Shown here in pieces: positions 11,387-24,321 of a DNA stretch of 64,000 nt. Every line of letters starts with the position of its first letter. Within the stretch, counting starts at the first letter, position 1. Made by a program: the position numbers and the translations under genes. The notes beneath the pieces are model-generated. The model saw only the letters and a list, made by a program, of their open reading frames with translations. It was not told the origin of the DNA and searched no databases. Source of the stretch: an uncultured Elusimicrobia bacterium (GTDB lineage: Bacteria; Elusimicrobiota; Elusimicrobia; UBA1565; UBA9628); contig CAZEAE010000003.1 in assembly GCA_964510095.1 (NCBI GenBank), positions 12,462 to 76,461 of the forward strand. Direction: 5' to 3'.

Positions 11387-12315
11387 TTGGCCTTCATCCG
11401 CTCTATGAGCTTCTGGTTGAAAGTCTCCGCGGAAAAATAGCCTTGGCTGCGCAGCCGCTGGTTGAGCGCCGCCACCTCTATGATCACCGCCAAGTTGCGC
11501 CCGGGGCTGACGGGGATGCACAACAGCGGCACGTCGACGCCCAAGATCGTCGTCTTCTTGGTATCCAAGCCCACGCGCTCGTAATGCGTGGACGCCGTCC
11601 AGGGCTCCAGTCGTATGGCCAGCTCGACGCGGGTCCGGTCCAGGATCGAGCCGATCCCGAAAAGAAGCTTGACGTCGATGACGCCGAGGCCGCGCACCTC
11701 CATGTAATGCTTCAAGGGTTCCGGGCAGCTGCCGCGCAGCACACCGCCCCGACGGTGCTGGATCTGGACGGCATCATCGGAGATCAAGATATGGCCCCTC
11801 TTCAAAAGCTCGAGGGCGCACTCGGACTTGCCGATGCCGGGGTCTCCCTGGATCAGCACGCCCAAGCCGTAGATATCTACCAGCACGCCGTGGACGGTCG
11901 TCAGCGCGGCTAGGCGAGTCTCCAGGAATTCGGAGAGCTCTCCGACAAAGGTCGCGGTGTCGAGGCTCGAACGCAGGAGCGGGACGCCGTTCTTGCGGCA
12001 GGCGGAGGCCAGCGAGGCGGGGGTCGTAGGGTTATGCGTCATGATGACGCAAGGGATGTCGCTGGATTCCAGCATCGCGGCCAGAGATTCCTCCAGGTTC
12101 TTTCGGGGCGCCTTCATGCAGTAGGACTGCTCGCCGATGCCGATGATCTGGACGCGTTCCGCGCGGAAGTGTTCGAGAAAGCCGCTCAGCGCCAAGCCGG
12201 GACGGTTGAGCTCGGAGACCTTGATCAGGCGCCCCAAGGACTTCTCGCCGGTGACGAGCTCGAGCTTAAGCCGGTCGCGCTGCTCTTTGAGAAGGTCGCC
12301 GACGGTGAGGTTCAC
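11383..12315 (-). CDS. hprK: HPr kinase/phosphorylase
   Basis: GDPGIGKSECALEL P-loop, 310 aa, overlaps rapZ start by 4 nt. Confidence 0.85.
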   Translation of the reverse strand: MNLTVGDLLKEQRDRLKLELVTGEKSLGRLIKVSELNRPGLALSGFLEHFRAERVQIIGIGEQSYCMKAPRKNLEESLAAMLESSDIPCVIMTHNPTTPASLASACRKNGVPLLRSSLDTATFVGELSEFLETRLAALTTVHGVLVDIYGLGVLIQGDPGIGKSECALELLKRGHILISDDAVQIQHRRGGVLRGSCPEPLKHYMEVRGLGVIDVKLLFGIGSILDRTRVELAIRLEPWTASTHYERVGLDTKKTTILGVDVPLLCIPVSPGRNLAVIIEVAALNQRLRSQGYFSAETFNQKLIERMKAK

Positions 12316-12330
12316 GGCGTCTGCAAGCGC

Positions 12331-12873
12331 TTAGCGCCCTTTGACGGGCTGCAGGATGCCGTAGGAATCATCGCTGCGCCGGAAGATGACGTGGACCTGC
12401 TTTGACTGCCGGTCTTGATAGAGCCGGAAGCTCTGGCCGGCCGTCTCCATCTCGAGGGCGGCCTGCTCGGGGCTCATGGGCACCAAGGGCTGCTTGACGA
12501 TGGAGTATTGGATGGCGGAGGGCATCGGCAGAAGAGCGGCGGCCTCTTCGGCGCTGATGACTTCTTCCTTGCCTTTGTGCGTCTTGTGGCGGCTCTTGAG
12601 GCGTTCCTTGTATCTCTTGAGCTGGCCGTCGATCTTATCGGAGGCGAGGTCGATGGCGGAGTAGAGGTCGGCGGCCGTGGCCAGGGCACGGAAGGTCTGG
12701 CCGGGCGCGTGGATGACCAGTTCGGCGTTATGCGCGCGCTTGTCGATATGGACGAAGGCCTGTCCCCAGATGATGTGGTCGAAGTACTTCTGCGCCTTCT
12801 CCATCTTCTGCCGCACATAATTGCGGATGGGTTCGGTGATCTTCAGGTGCTTCGCCGTCAGTTGGATTTCCAC
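12331..12873 (-). CDS. hpf: ribosome hibernation promoting factor (long form)
   Basis: MEIQLTAKHLKITEPIRNYV N-terminal YfiA/HPF domain plus C-terminal dimerisation extension, 180 aa. Confidence 0.85.
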   Translation of the reverse strand: MEIQLTAKHLKITEPIRNYVRQKMEKAQKYFDHIIWGQAFVHIDKRAHNAELVIHAPGQTFRALATAADLYSAIDLASDKIDGQLKRYKERLKSRHKTHKGKEEVISAEEAAALLPMPSAIQYSIVKQPLVPMSPEQAALEMETAGQSFRLYQDRQSKQVHVIFRRSDDSYGILQPVKGR

Positions 12874-13146
12874 GCCCGCTCCTTTAGAGTCCCGTTAAGA
12901 TGGTCGCCGCTAGAGCGAGATTTAAGCACTTTACGCTATGGCTGTCAACGAAACTAGGTGCAATAACCATTACGATTCGATTGACTCTTAAGGAAAAAAT
13001 AGATATTATGAAGAATAACGCCGTTGCGGCGGCGGCGGCGCTCAAAAGCCGCCCTGTCGACATGCCTCTAATTGTTGGTCTGGAAAAACACATATTTCTC
13101 TTATTATTTTTAAGTAATTTGGGTTATGCACACCTGTGGATAACCT
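12874..13146. promoter_or_regulatory. oriC: oriC segment 1: AT-rich unwinding region and DnaA boxes upstream of dnaA; point where gene orientation switches
   Basis: TGTGGATAA at 13132..13140, one-mismatch boxes TTATGCACA 13121..13129 and TGTGAATAA 13144..13152; AT-rich run 13085..13125; all genes to the left are minus strand and dnaA-dnaN-gyrBA to the right are plus. Confidence 0.6.
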
Positions 13147-14499
13147 GTGAATAACCAAGATCCTCGGGCGTTTTGGCTACGAGCGGTCGATGTCCTCCGG
13201 GGAGAGATAGGAGAGGAGAACGCCGAGCTTTGGCTCAAGCCTGTCGAAGCGCTTCGTTTTGACGAGCAGGTCCTGGTTTTAAAGGTGCCCAACAAGTTCT
13301 TCTCCGATGGCATCAAGGAGCGATACCAAAAGAAGCTGGTCGCGATCTTCAAGGACCTCTCGAGGCTGGACGTCGGCTTGGACTACGAGATCTCGCGGGA
13401 CTTGCGCAGCGTGCTCCCCGCTTCCGACCCCGTCCCGGAGCCCGGGCCTCAGTCTGACTTTCCCCTCAGCGAGCTCAACCCCCGCTACACCTTCGCCTCC
13501 TTCGTCATCGGAGCGTCGAACCGATTCGCCCATGCCACCGCCGAGTCGATCTCGAAGAATCCGGGGAAACAATACAACCCTTATTTCATCTACGGCGGCG
13601 TCGGCTTGGGCAAAACCCATCTTATGCATGCCATCGGCAACGCCATGCGCAAGGAGCATCCCCGCGCGCGCGTTCTCTACACGACGGCGGAGCAATTCGT
13701 CAACGAGTACATCACCTCGGTCCAGAACAACAAGCCTGACGACTTCAGGGCGAAATACCGCAACCTCGACTGCCTGCTGCTCGATGATATCCAGTTCCTC
13801 ATCGGGAAGGACCGCAGCGTCGAAGAGTTCTTTCACACCTTCAACTCGCTGTTCCAGTCTCAAAAACAGCTTATCATCTCGTCGGACCGCTCTCCGCAGG
13901 AGATGGCGCCCTTGGATCAACGCATCACCTCGCGCCTTGCCTGGGGCGTGGTCGCCGACATCACGATCCCGGACCTCGAGACACGCATCGCCATCCTGCG
14001 CAAGAAGGCCGGCGCTGAGAATTTTACCGTGCCCGACGACGTCATCTTGTTCGTGGCTTCGGCCGTGAAGTCCAATATCCGCGCCCTGGAAGGATCCCTT
14101 ATCCGCCTGACGGCCTTCTCGGCCATGTCCGGCAGCAGCTTGACCGTCGACGACGCCAAGGAGATATTGAAGGACTCCCTCAGCACGGACAACACCTCCC
14201 CGGTCCGCATAGAGACGATACTGAGGATCGTCTCCCATAAATATTCCATCGACGTTAAAGACCTCAAGGGACATCAAAGGACCGCCTCCATCGCCCTGCC
14301 CCGCCAGTTGGCCATGTATCTAGCCTGCGTGATGACGGAGCTTTCCTCCACCGACATAGGGCGCGCCTTCGGCGGAAAAGACCATTCCACCGTGCTCCAT
14401 GCCCGGAAAAAGATCCAAAAGCAGGTGGAAGAAGACCCCTTTATCCTGGAAGTGATCAATAAGCTACAATCAGACATCAAGGCTGTGGAAAACCAGTGA
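13147..14499 (+). CDS. dnaA: chromosomal replication initiator DnaA
   Basis: GGVGLGKTHLMHAIGN Walker A, AAA+ sensor motifs, C-terminal DNA-binding domain; GTG start. Confidence 0.95.
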   Translation: MNNQDPRAFWLRAVDVLRGEIGEENAELWLKPVEALRFDEQVLVLKVPNKFFSDGIKERYQKKLVAIFKDLSRLDVGLDYEISRDLRSVLPASDPVPEPGPQSDFPLSELNPRYTFASFVIGASNRFAHATAESISKNPGKQYNPYFIYGGVGLGKTHLMHAIGNAMRKEHPRARVLYTTAEQFVNEYITSVQNNKPDDFRAKYRNLDCLLLDDIQFLIGKDRSVEEFFHTFNSLFQSQKQLIISSDRSPQEMAPLDQRITSRLAWGVVADITIPDLETRIAILRKKAGAENFTVPDDVILFVASAVKSNIRALEGSLIRLTAFSAMSGSSLTVDDAKEILKDSLSTDNTSPVRIETILRIVSHKYSIDVKDLKGHQRTASIALPRQLAMYLACVMTELSSTDIGRAFGGKDHSTVLHARKKIQKQVEEDPFILEVINKLQSDIKAVENQ

Positions 14500-14650
14500 A
14501 AGAAACCGCTGTTAGGACGAATAACCCGCAATGCTGTGGATAATGGGGATAAGTAATCGAAGTTGTCCACAATCCGTTTTTTTGATGGCGGCAGGGAAGA
14601 CTCTCTTATCCACAACTCGGCGATGCTGATTAATAAGAGGATGAATTAGA
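14500..14650. promoter_or_regulatory. oriC: oriC segment 2: DnaA-box cluster between dnaA and dnaN
   Basis: TGTGGATAA 14525..14533, TTGTCCACA 14553..14561 (1 mismatch), perfect TTATCCACA 14606..14614, AT-rich tail. Confidence 0.55.
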
Positions 14651-15765
14651 ATGAAAATAATATGCAGTAAAGAAGACCTGGCTCAAGGAGTCCAAACCAT
14701 ACAGTCCGCGCTGTCTTCCCGGACGACCCTTCCCATACTTCTCAATTTCCTTCTAGAGACGGAAAATTCAAAAGTCAAAGTCATTTCGACCGATCTTGAG
14801 ATGGGCGTGAAGCATTATATCGGAGCGGCGGTGGAAAGCGACGGCGCCATCACTATCCCCGCTAAAAAATTCTCAGACATCCTCCATAGCCTCCCGGACG
14901 GGCAGGATGTGGAGCTTTCCGTCGATTCCGGAGATAAAATACAGCTTAAGTGCGGCCGTTCCCGGTTCGGTATCATAGGTGCGCCTAAATCGGAATATCC
15001 CGTCCTGCCTGATTTCAGCAAGGAGAACGCCTTTCAGGTCCCGGCCGGGGTCATCGGGGATATGGTCAAAAAAACCATCTTCGCCGCTTCTTCAGATGAG
15101 ACAAGACATGTGCTCAACGGCGTCTTCTGGTCCGCCAAGAAGGGAACCTTGGAGATGGTGGCCACCGACGGGCGCCGCCTAGCGGTCGTCGCCAAGAAGA
15201 TCGTCCCGAAGGAGAAGGATTTCTCCGTGATCGTGCCGACCAAGGTACTTTCGGAGCTTTTAAGGCTTTTCAGCTCCATGGATATAAAGAGCGACTCGAC
15301 CGAGCCGATGCTGGTCTCGGTCACCGATAACCAGATAACCTTCCAATTCAAGACGACGACTTTATTATCGCGCTTGGTCGGAGGAGCTTTCCCTAACTAC
15401 GAGCAGGTCATCCCGAGCAAGAAGGATATAGTCATACTCCTCAACACCAAAGACCTCATCGCCGTCACGAAGAGAGCCTCTCTTTGCGCCATCGACCGCG
15501 GCGGCTCGGTCAAGTACGTGCTTAAAAAGGGAACGCTGTTCGTCTCAGCCTCCAGCCAAAACCAGGAATTCAGCGAGGAGCTCCCGATCGAGTTCTCGGG
15601 AGATGAGTTCCAAGTCGCCTTCAATCCTCAATTCGTCATGGACGCCTTGAAGCATGTCGATGCCGAGAAGATGACCCTGGGGCTGACCACGCCGGTCAAT
15701 CCCGCGCTTATCGAGCCGGAGGGCAAGGGTGACTATAAATTCGTCATCATGCCTATGCGGATCTG

Positions 15766-15766
<1 letters not shown>
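14651..15766 (+). CDS. dnaN: DNA polymerase III beta sliding clamp
   Basis: MKIICSKEDL start, 371 aa three-domain clamp, canonical position after dnaA. Confidence 0.95.
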
Positions 15767-18698
<2,932 letters not shown>

Positions 18699-18707
18699 GG
18701 AGATATC

Positions 18708-21221
18708 ATGAGCAAAACCGAACAGCCGGACCTCACCCCCGAGCCCGTCGGCAACGTCACCGCGCGCGACCTCGGCGCCGAGATGAAGGCCTCCTATATC
18801 GATTACTCCATGTCGGTCATCGTCGGGCGCGCCTTGCCCGATATCCGGGACGGGCTCAAGCCCGTGCACCGACGCATCCTTTACGCGATGCACGACGAGG
18901 GCTTGGCCTCGAACAAGAAATACTCCAAGTGCGCCGGCGTCGTCGGCGAGGTCCTCAAGAAATATCACCCGCACGGAGACTCCGCGGTCTACGACGCCAT
19001 GGTCCGCATGGTGCAGAGCTTCTCCCTGCTGCATCCTTTGATCGACGGCCAAGGAAACTTCGGCTCCGTCGACGGCGACCCCGCGGCCGCCTACCGCTAC
19101 ACCGAGTGCCGCTTATCGAAGATCGCGGAAGAGGTGCTCGCGGACATCGACCAGGACACGGTCGATTTCTCCCCCAACTTCGACGGCACGACCACCGAGC
19201 CCGCCGTCATGCCTTCGCGCGTGCCCAACCTGCTGATCAACGGCTCCTCCGGTATCGCCGTCGGCATGGCCACCAACATCCCCCCGCATAACCTCTCCGA
19301 GACCTGCGAGGCCGCCATCGCCGTCATGAAGGACCCCAAGATCGAGACCAAGGAACTGCTCAAGATCATGAAGGGTCCTGATTTCCCCACCGGCGGCATC
19401 GTCAGGGGAAAGACCGGCATCCGGGATTATTTCGAAACCGGCCGCGGCAGCGTGCGCGTCCAGGCCAAGACCGAGATCGAGGACATCAAGGGCAACCGCC
19501 AGGCCATCATCATCACAGAGCTGCCTTACCAGGTCAACAAGGCCACCCTCCTCGAGACCATCGCCGACCTCGTGCGCAACAAGAAGATCCCCGACATCTC
19601 GGACATCCGCGACGAGTCCGACCGCAGCGGCATGCGCGTCGTCATCGAGATCAAGCGCGACGGCAACGCCAACGTGGTCTTGAACCAGCTCTACAAGCAC
19701 ACGCAGATGGAGACCTCCTTCGGCGTCATCCTGCTCTCCTTGGTCGACGGCCGGCCGCGGGTGCTGCCGGTGCGCGACATGCTGGTCCACTACATCGCCC
19801 ATCGCAAGAACATCGTCATCCGCCGCACGAAGTTCCAGCTGCGCAAGGCCTTGGACCGCGCCCACATCCTGGAAGGCTTCCTGATCGCCGTCAAGAACAT
19901 CGACCGGGTCATCAAGATCATCCGGGCCGCCAAGGACACCGACACCGCGCGCGTCGACCTCATCGAAGCCTTCGAGCTTTCGAAGATCCAGGCGCAGGCC
20001 ATCCTCGACATGCGCTTGGCGCAGCTGACCAAGCTGTCCGTCGATGAGCTGCAGAGCGAATACGACGCGCTGATGAAGAAGATCACCGAATACAAGGCGA
20101 TCCTCGCGGACATCAAGAAGGTCATGGCCATCGTCGCCAAGGAGCTGGAGACCGTCAAGGAGGCTTTCGGCAAGTCCCGCCAGACCCAGATCACCAGCGA
20201 AGCCGCCGAGATGACCCTGGAGGACCTCATCGCCAAGGAGAACGTCGTCATCAGCCTCTCCAACGCGGGGTACATCAAGCGCATCCCGGTGGCGACCTAT
20301 GTGGCGCAGGGACGCGGCGGCAAGGGCATCACGGGCGCCGAGGTCAAGGAAGAGGACTTCATCGAGCATTTCTTCATCACCGACACCCATGCCACCCTGC
20401 TCGTCTTCACGACGCGCGGGCGCGCCTTCGCGCTGAAGGCCTACGAGGTCCCCGAAGGCAACCGGACCTCTCGCGGCAAGGCGGTGGTCAACCTGCTGGC
20501 CATCATGGGCGAGGAGAAGATCACCTCCACGATCGCGATCTCCTCGTTCGAGGAGTCCAAAGGCAAGGAGACCTACCTGGTCATGTGCACCAGGTCCGGC
20601 ACGATCAAGAAGACCCCGCTGATGGACTTCGAGAACATCCGGCGCTCGGGCATCATCGCCATCGGCCTCGAGGAAGGCGACATCCTGGTCGAAGTCCAGC
20701 ACACCAAGGGCTCCGATGAGATCATGATCGCCACCAAGGGCGGCATGAGCATCCGTTTCCCGGAAGGCGACGTCCGCGCGATGGGGCGCGGCGCCAAGGG
20801 CGTGCGCGGCATGCGCCTCGATGAAGGGGATCAGGTCATCGGCATGGAGGCCTTCCCCGCCAACAGCAAGAAGAGCCTTCTGACCGTCTGCGAGCACGGC
20901 CACGGCAAACGCACGGAGCTCTCCGAATACCGCGGGCAGCACCGCGGCGGCGGCGGCACCATCACGATCAAGGCCACGGAGCGCAACGGCTCCGTCATCG
21001 GAGTCAAGCTTGTGACCAACGACGACGACCTGATGGTGATGACGCAGAACGGAAAAACGATCCGCATGCGCTGCAAGGACATCAAGACCATCTCCCGCAA
21101 CACCCAAGGGGTGCGGCTGGTCAAGCTCGACGAGACCGACAAGGTGGCTCGCGTGGCGCCCATCGCCGTCGAGCCGCCCGTCAGCCCCGAGCTGCCGCTG
21201 CCGGAAGGCAAGAAAGACTGA
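18708..21221 (+). CDS. gyrA: DNA gyrase subunit A
   Basis: active-site region AAMRYTE-like ([11 protein letters not shown]), beta-pinwheel C-terminal repeats, 837 aa. Confidence 0.95.
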   Translation: MSKTEQPDLTPEPVGNVTARDLGAEMKASYIDYSMSVIVGRALPDIRDGLKPVHRRILYAMHDEGLASNKKYSKCAGVVGEVLKKYHPHGDSAVYDAMVRMVQSFSLLHPLIDGQGNFGSVDGDPAAAYRYTECRLSKIAEEVLADIDQDTVDFSPNFDGTTTEPAVMPSRVPNLLINGSSGIAVGMATNIPPHNLSETCEAAIAVMKDPKIETKELLKIMKGPDFPTGGIVRGKTGIRDYFETGRGSVRVQAKTEIEDIKGNRQAIIITELPYQVNKATLLETIADLVRNKKIPDISDIRDESDRSGMRVVIEIKRDGNANVVLNQLYKHTQMETSFGVILLSLVDGRPRVLPVRDMLVHYIAHRKNIVIRRTKFQLRKALDRAHILEGFLIAVKNIDRVIKIIRAAKDTDTARVDLIEAFELSKIQAQAILDMRLAQLTKLSVDELQSEYDALMKKITEYKAILADIKKVMAIVAKELETVKEAFGKSRQTQITSEAAEMTLEDLIAKENVVISLSNAGYIKRIPVATYVAQGRGGKGITGAEVKEEDFIEHFFITDTHATLLVFTTRGRAFALKAYEVPEGNRTSRGKAVVNLLAIMGEEKITSTIAISSFEESKGKETYLVMCTRSGTIKKTPLMDFENIRRSGIIAIGLEEGDILVEVQHTKGSDEIMIATKGGMSIRFPEGDVRAMGRGAKGVRGMRLDEGDQVIGMEAFPANSKKSLLTVCEHGHGKRTELSEYRGQHRGGGGTITIKATERNGSVIGVKLVTNDDDLMVMTQNGKTIRMRCKDIKTISRNTQGVRLVKLDETDKVARVAPIAVEPPVSPELPLPEGKKD

Positions 21222-21238
21222 AGAACAAGGCCCTCGCC

Positions 21239-21745
21239 TTGTGGCTGGTCCTGGCCGCCCCCGCCGTGGGGACGGCCAGGGCGGAGCTTTCCATCGAGAG
21301 CGTCCAGTGGCAGGCGGCCCATCCCGTCAAGGGTCGTCCTCAGCGTTTTGAGGATATCGGCGAGCTGCCGGCGGCTCCGCCCAAGCTCGGGGCCAAGCTG
21401 CGGGCGATGCTCAGGCTCAAGAACCGCGGCCCCAAGCGCGTGGAGGGCATCCTGCTGCGCTATAGCCTCACCGCGCGGCTGGGGCCGTTGAAGGGAGGAG
21501 AAGAGGGCATCTGGTCGGTGCCGTTCTTGATCGAGGAGCGCCGGGTCCCGAAGGTGGGAGCCAACCAGTTCTTCGAAGTGCCTCTGGAGCCGTCCGCGCT
21601 GCTCGAGCTCTACTTGAGGAAGACCGTGCGCGCCGGCTTCTGGCCCGACGAACTGAAGCTGCAGGTCATGCTGGAGCCGCATAGGGGAGCCGTGGAGACC
21701 ATCTCGCCGATGGAAAGCATCTTGCCCGTTCGGCGCTTGCCATGA
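21239..21745 (+). CDS. hypothetical secreted protein
   Basis: N-terminal signal-like segment, no recognisable motifs; stop overlaps serS start. Confidence 0.3.
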   Translation: MWLVLAAPAVGTARAELSIESVQWQAAHPVKGRPQRFEDIGELPAAPPKLGAKLRAMLRLKNRGPKRVEGILLRYSLTARLGPLKGGEEGIWSVPFLIEERRVPKVGANQFFEVPLEPSALLELYLRKTVRAGFWPDELKLQVMLEPHRGAVETISPMESILPVRRLP

Positions 21746-23040
21746 TCGACCTTGCCCTGATCCGCAGGTCCCCGGAGGCGGTCCGCGCCGGGCTTAGCGC
21801 CCGCAACCCCCGCTACGGGGCCGCGCTCGATGAGCTGCTGAAGCTCGACCTGGACAACCGCGCCGCCATGAAGGAGGTCGAGGACCTGCGCGCCGTGCGC
21901 AACGCGGCGTCGCAGGCCATCGGCAAGGCGAAGGCCGCCAAGGACGAAGCCGGGGCGCAGAAGGTGATGGCCGAGGTGGCGGCGCTCAAGGAGAAGATGG
22001 GCGCGCTGGAAGCCTTGTTATCCCCCCTCAGCGAGAAGACCCGCCAAGCGGCCCTGGGCTTGCCGAACCTTCCGCACGAATCGGTGCCGGTCGGGACCAG
22101 CGAGGCTGATAACAAAGAGGTCCGTCGCGGCCGGGCGCCGGCGGCCTACGACTTCAAGCCTTTGGACCATCAGACGCTGGGCGAGAAGCTGGGCCTGCTC
22201 GACTTCGCCGCCGGGGCTCGGCTGGCCGGCTCGCGCTTCTGTTTATGGAAGGGCGCCGGCGCCAGGCTGATGCGCGCCATCATCTCTTTTCAGCTCGACC
22301 TTCATACCAAGGAGCACGGCTACGAGGAGATTTGGCCCCCTTACCTGGCGCTGCCGGAAGTCCTTGAGGGCACCGGCCAGCTGCCGAAGTTCGAGGCCGA
22401 TCTTTATAAGACCGGGACGAGCGACGGCGAGAAGAACCGCGACCTCTATCTGATCCCCACCGCCGAGGTGCCGCTGACCAACCTGGTCCGCGAGCAGATC
22501 CTGCCGGCCGAGCGGCTGCCCATGAAGATGACGGCGTATTCCCCCTGCTTCCGCCAGGAGGCCGGGTCCTACGGCAAGGACGTCCGCGGGCTCATCCGCA
22601 ACCACCAGTTCGACAAAGTCGAGCTCGTCTGGATCACCAAGCCCGAGGATTCTTTGGCCGCGCTCGAGACCCTGACGGCGCATGCCGAAGAGGTGCTCAA
22701 GCGCCTAGAGATCCCGCACCGCGTCCTCTCGCTTTGCACGGCCGACATCGGCTTCGCCTCGCGCAAGACCTATGATCTGGAAGTGTGGATGCCCTCGGAA
22801 GGACGCTACCGCGAGATCTCCTCTTGCTCCGACTGCGGTGATTTTCAAGCCAGAAGGATGAACGCGCGCCTGCGCCGCGACGCCAAGGCGGCGCCCGAGT
22901 TCGTCCACACCTTGAACGGCAGCGGCGTGGCCGTCGGGCGCCTGTTCGCGGCCATCCTCGAGAACTTCCAGCAGAAAGACGGCGGCGTCAGGATCCCTAC
23001 AGCCCTGGTCCCGTTCTTCGGGGCCGAGCGTTTGGGATGA
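21742..23040 (+). CDS. serS: seryl-tRNA synthetase
   Basis: N-terminal coiled-coil arm, class II motifs, 432 aa. Confidence 0.9.
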   Translation: MIDLALIRRSPEAVRAGLSARNPRYGAALDELLKLDLDNRAAMKEVEDLRAVRNAASQAIGKAKAAKDEAGAQKVMAEVAALKEKMGALEALLSPLSEKTRQAALGLPNLPHESVPVGTSEADNKEVRRGRAPAAYDFKPLDHQTLGEKLGLLDFAAGARLAGSRFCLWKGAGARLMRAIISFQLDLHTKEHGYEEIWPPYLALPEVLEGTGQLPKFEADLYKTGTSDGEKNRDLYLIPTAEVPLTNLVREQILPAERLPMKMTAYSPCFRQEAGSYGKDVRGLIRNHQFDKVELVWITKPEDSLAALETLTAHAEEVLKRLEIPHRVLSLCTADIGFASRKTYDLEVWMPSEGRYREISSCSDCGDFQARRMNARLRRDAKAAPEFVHTLNGSGVAVGRLFAAILENFQQKDGGVRIPTALVPFFGAERLG

Positions 23041-23519
23041 GCGCCCTCGACGAACTCGCCGGGCTCGTCGCCCGGCTGCGCGCGCCCGACGGCTGCCCCT
23101 GGGACCGCGCCCAGACCCACCGCTCCTTGATCCGCTACCTCCGCGAGGAAGCCGTGGAGCTGGAGAAGGCGCTGGTGCGCGGACGCTGGCATGAGATGGA
23201 AGACGAGCTGGGCGACTTGCTGCTGCAGGTCCTGCTTCATGCCCAGATCGCCAAGGAGGGCGGGCGCTTCGACATCCAGGACGTGGCGCGCTCCCAATTC
23301 CTCAAGCTCAAGCGCCGCCACCCGCACGTCTTCGGCAGACGCGCCTTCAAGACGGCCAAGGACGTCAGGAGGCACTGGGATGAGATCAAGGTGACCGAGC
23401 AGGCGCTGCGGCGCAAGGACGTCGAACGCCGGACGAGAGCCAAGGAAGCCCGCAACGGAGCTAAGGCCAAGCGTCGGGGATCGAGAGCTTACGGCGCAAG
23501 CCGTCTTTTACGGTCCTGA
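23037..23519 (+). CDS. mazG: MazG-family nucleoside triphosphate pyrophosphohydrolase (single domain)
   Basis: EEAVELEKAL...ELGDLLLQVLLHAQIAKE metal-binding EExxE/D motifs, 160 aa. Confidence 0.7.
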   Translation: MSALDELAGLVARLRAPDGCPWDRAQTHRSLIRYLREEAVELEKALVRGRWHEMEDELGDLLLQVLLHAQIAKEGGRFDIQDVARSQFLKLKRRHPHVFGRRAFKTAKDVRRHWDEIKVTEQALRRKDVERRTRAKEARNGAKAKRRGSRAYGASRLLRS

Positions 23520-24321
23520 CGCACTGGGCGACCCCCGGCATCCTCGTGCGCGGCGGCTCGAGGGCCGCGCTCAGGCGCTTCCAGCCGGCCTCGCGTTCGC
23601 CCAGGGCGGCATGGTCGTAGTAGAGGGAAATGGCCAGGCCGAGATATTCTCCGGGGTGCTTTTCCTTCTGCAGCAAAGACAGCGACTCCTCGGCCTGCGC
23701 GATCTGCCGCTGGTAGATCTTCGGATGGGAAGACGAGACCTCGACGAAGCGCGACTTCTTCCAGGCGTAGACTTCGGTGCGGTAGGCCGCCTTGGTCATC
23801 GTGTCGAAGTTCTCACAGCCGGTCGAAAGGAAGCGGCCCAGCGGCAGCTCGCGCGCGATGAAGACCCGCTCGCCGGTTGAATCTTCGATGCGGCCTTCCG
23901 GGAATTCCCCCGCTTGGCGGAAGCGCGGTTTGTCGTAGCGCAGGACGTGCAGCGTGCGGGTGCCCAGGCCGGGGACGAGCGTATAGTAGGCAAGGGTCTT
24001 GGCGCCGGGCTCCAGAAGCTCGGGGAAGCCCTCCGGCTTGACCGACGCATGCAGCTCCTGCTTCTCGATGCCCGAAGGATGGGTGTAGACCATCACGGCC
24101 TTGCCGGCCCTCTCGGTGTAGACGTTGAACTTGTCGACATCCAGGTTGCCGTCATGGAAGATCACGGCATGCAGCACGGCCCCGCCGACCTTCTGGCTGA
24201 GGATGCGCGCGGGTTTCAGGCCCAGGCGGGCCATGTCGGAGAATTCCGCGGCGAGGGCGGCCGGGGCGTCCGCGCGCGCCGGGCCTGCCAGCAGGGCCAG
24301 CAGGAGGAGAGCCCTCATCAT
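23461..24321 (-). CDS. hypothetical secreted protein
   Basis: start chosen at MMRALLLLALLAGPARA (signal peptide) directly after asd stop; long ORF N-extension rejected. Confidence 0.4.
   Translation of the reverse strand: MMRALLLLALLAGPARADAPAALAAEFSDMARLGLKPARILSQKVGGAVLHAVIFHDGNLDVDKFNVYTERAGKAVMVYTHPSGIEKQELHASVKPEGFPELLEPGAKTLAYYTLVPGLGTRTLHVLRYDKPRFRQAGEFPEGRIEDSTGERVFIARELPLGRFLSTGCENFDTMTKAAYRTEVYAWKKSRFVEVSSSHPKIYQRQIAQAEESLSLLQKEKHPGEYLGLAISLYYDHAALGEREAGWKRLSAALEPPRTRMPGVAQCVRTVKDGLRRKLSIPDAWP

Noticed and set aside
10523-11521. 332-aa version of rapZ
   Set aside because: The P-loop follows the internal Met (MSRSRARKIFVITGISGAGKS). The 45-aa N-extension overlaps hprK and is low-complexity.
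21229-21244. Hairpin CAAGGC-cctc-GCCTTG just after gyrA
   Set aside because: It has no following T-tract and overlaps the next ORF start. This is too weak to call a terminator.
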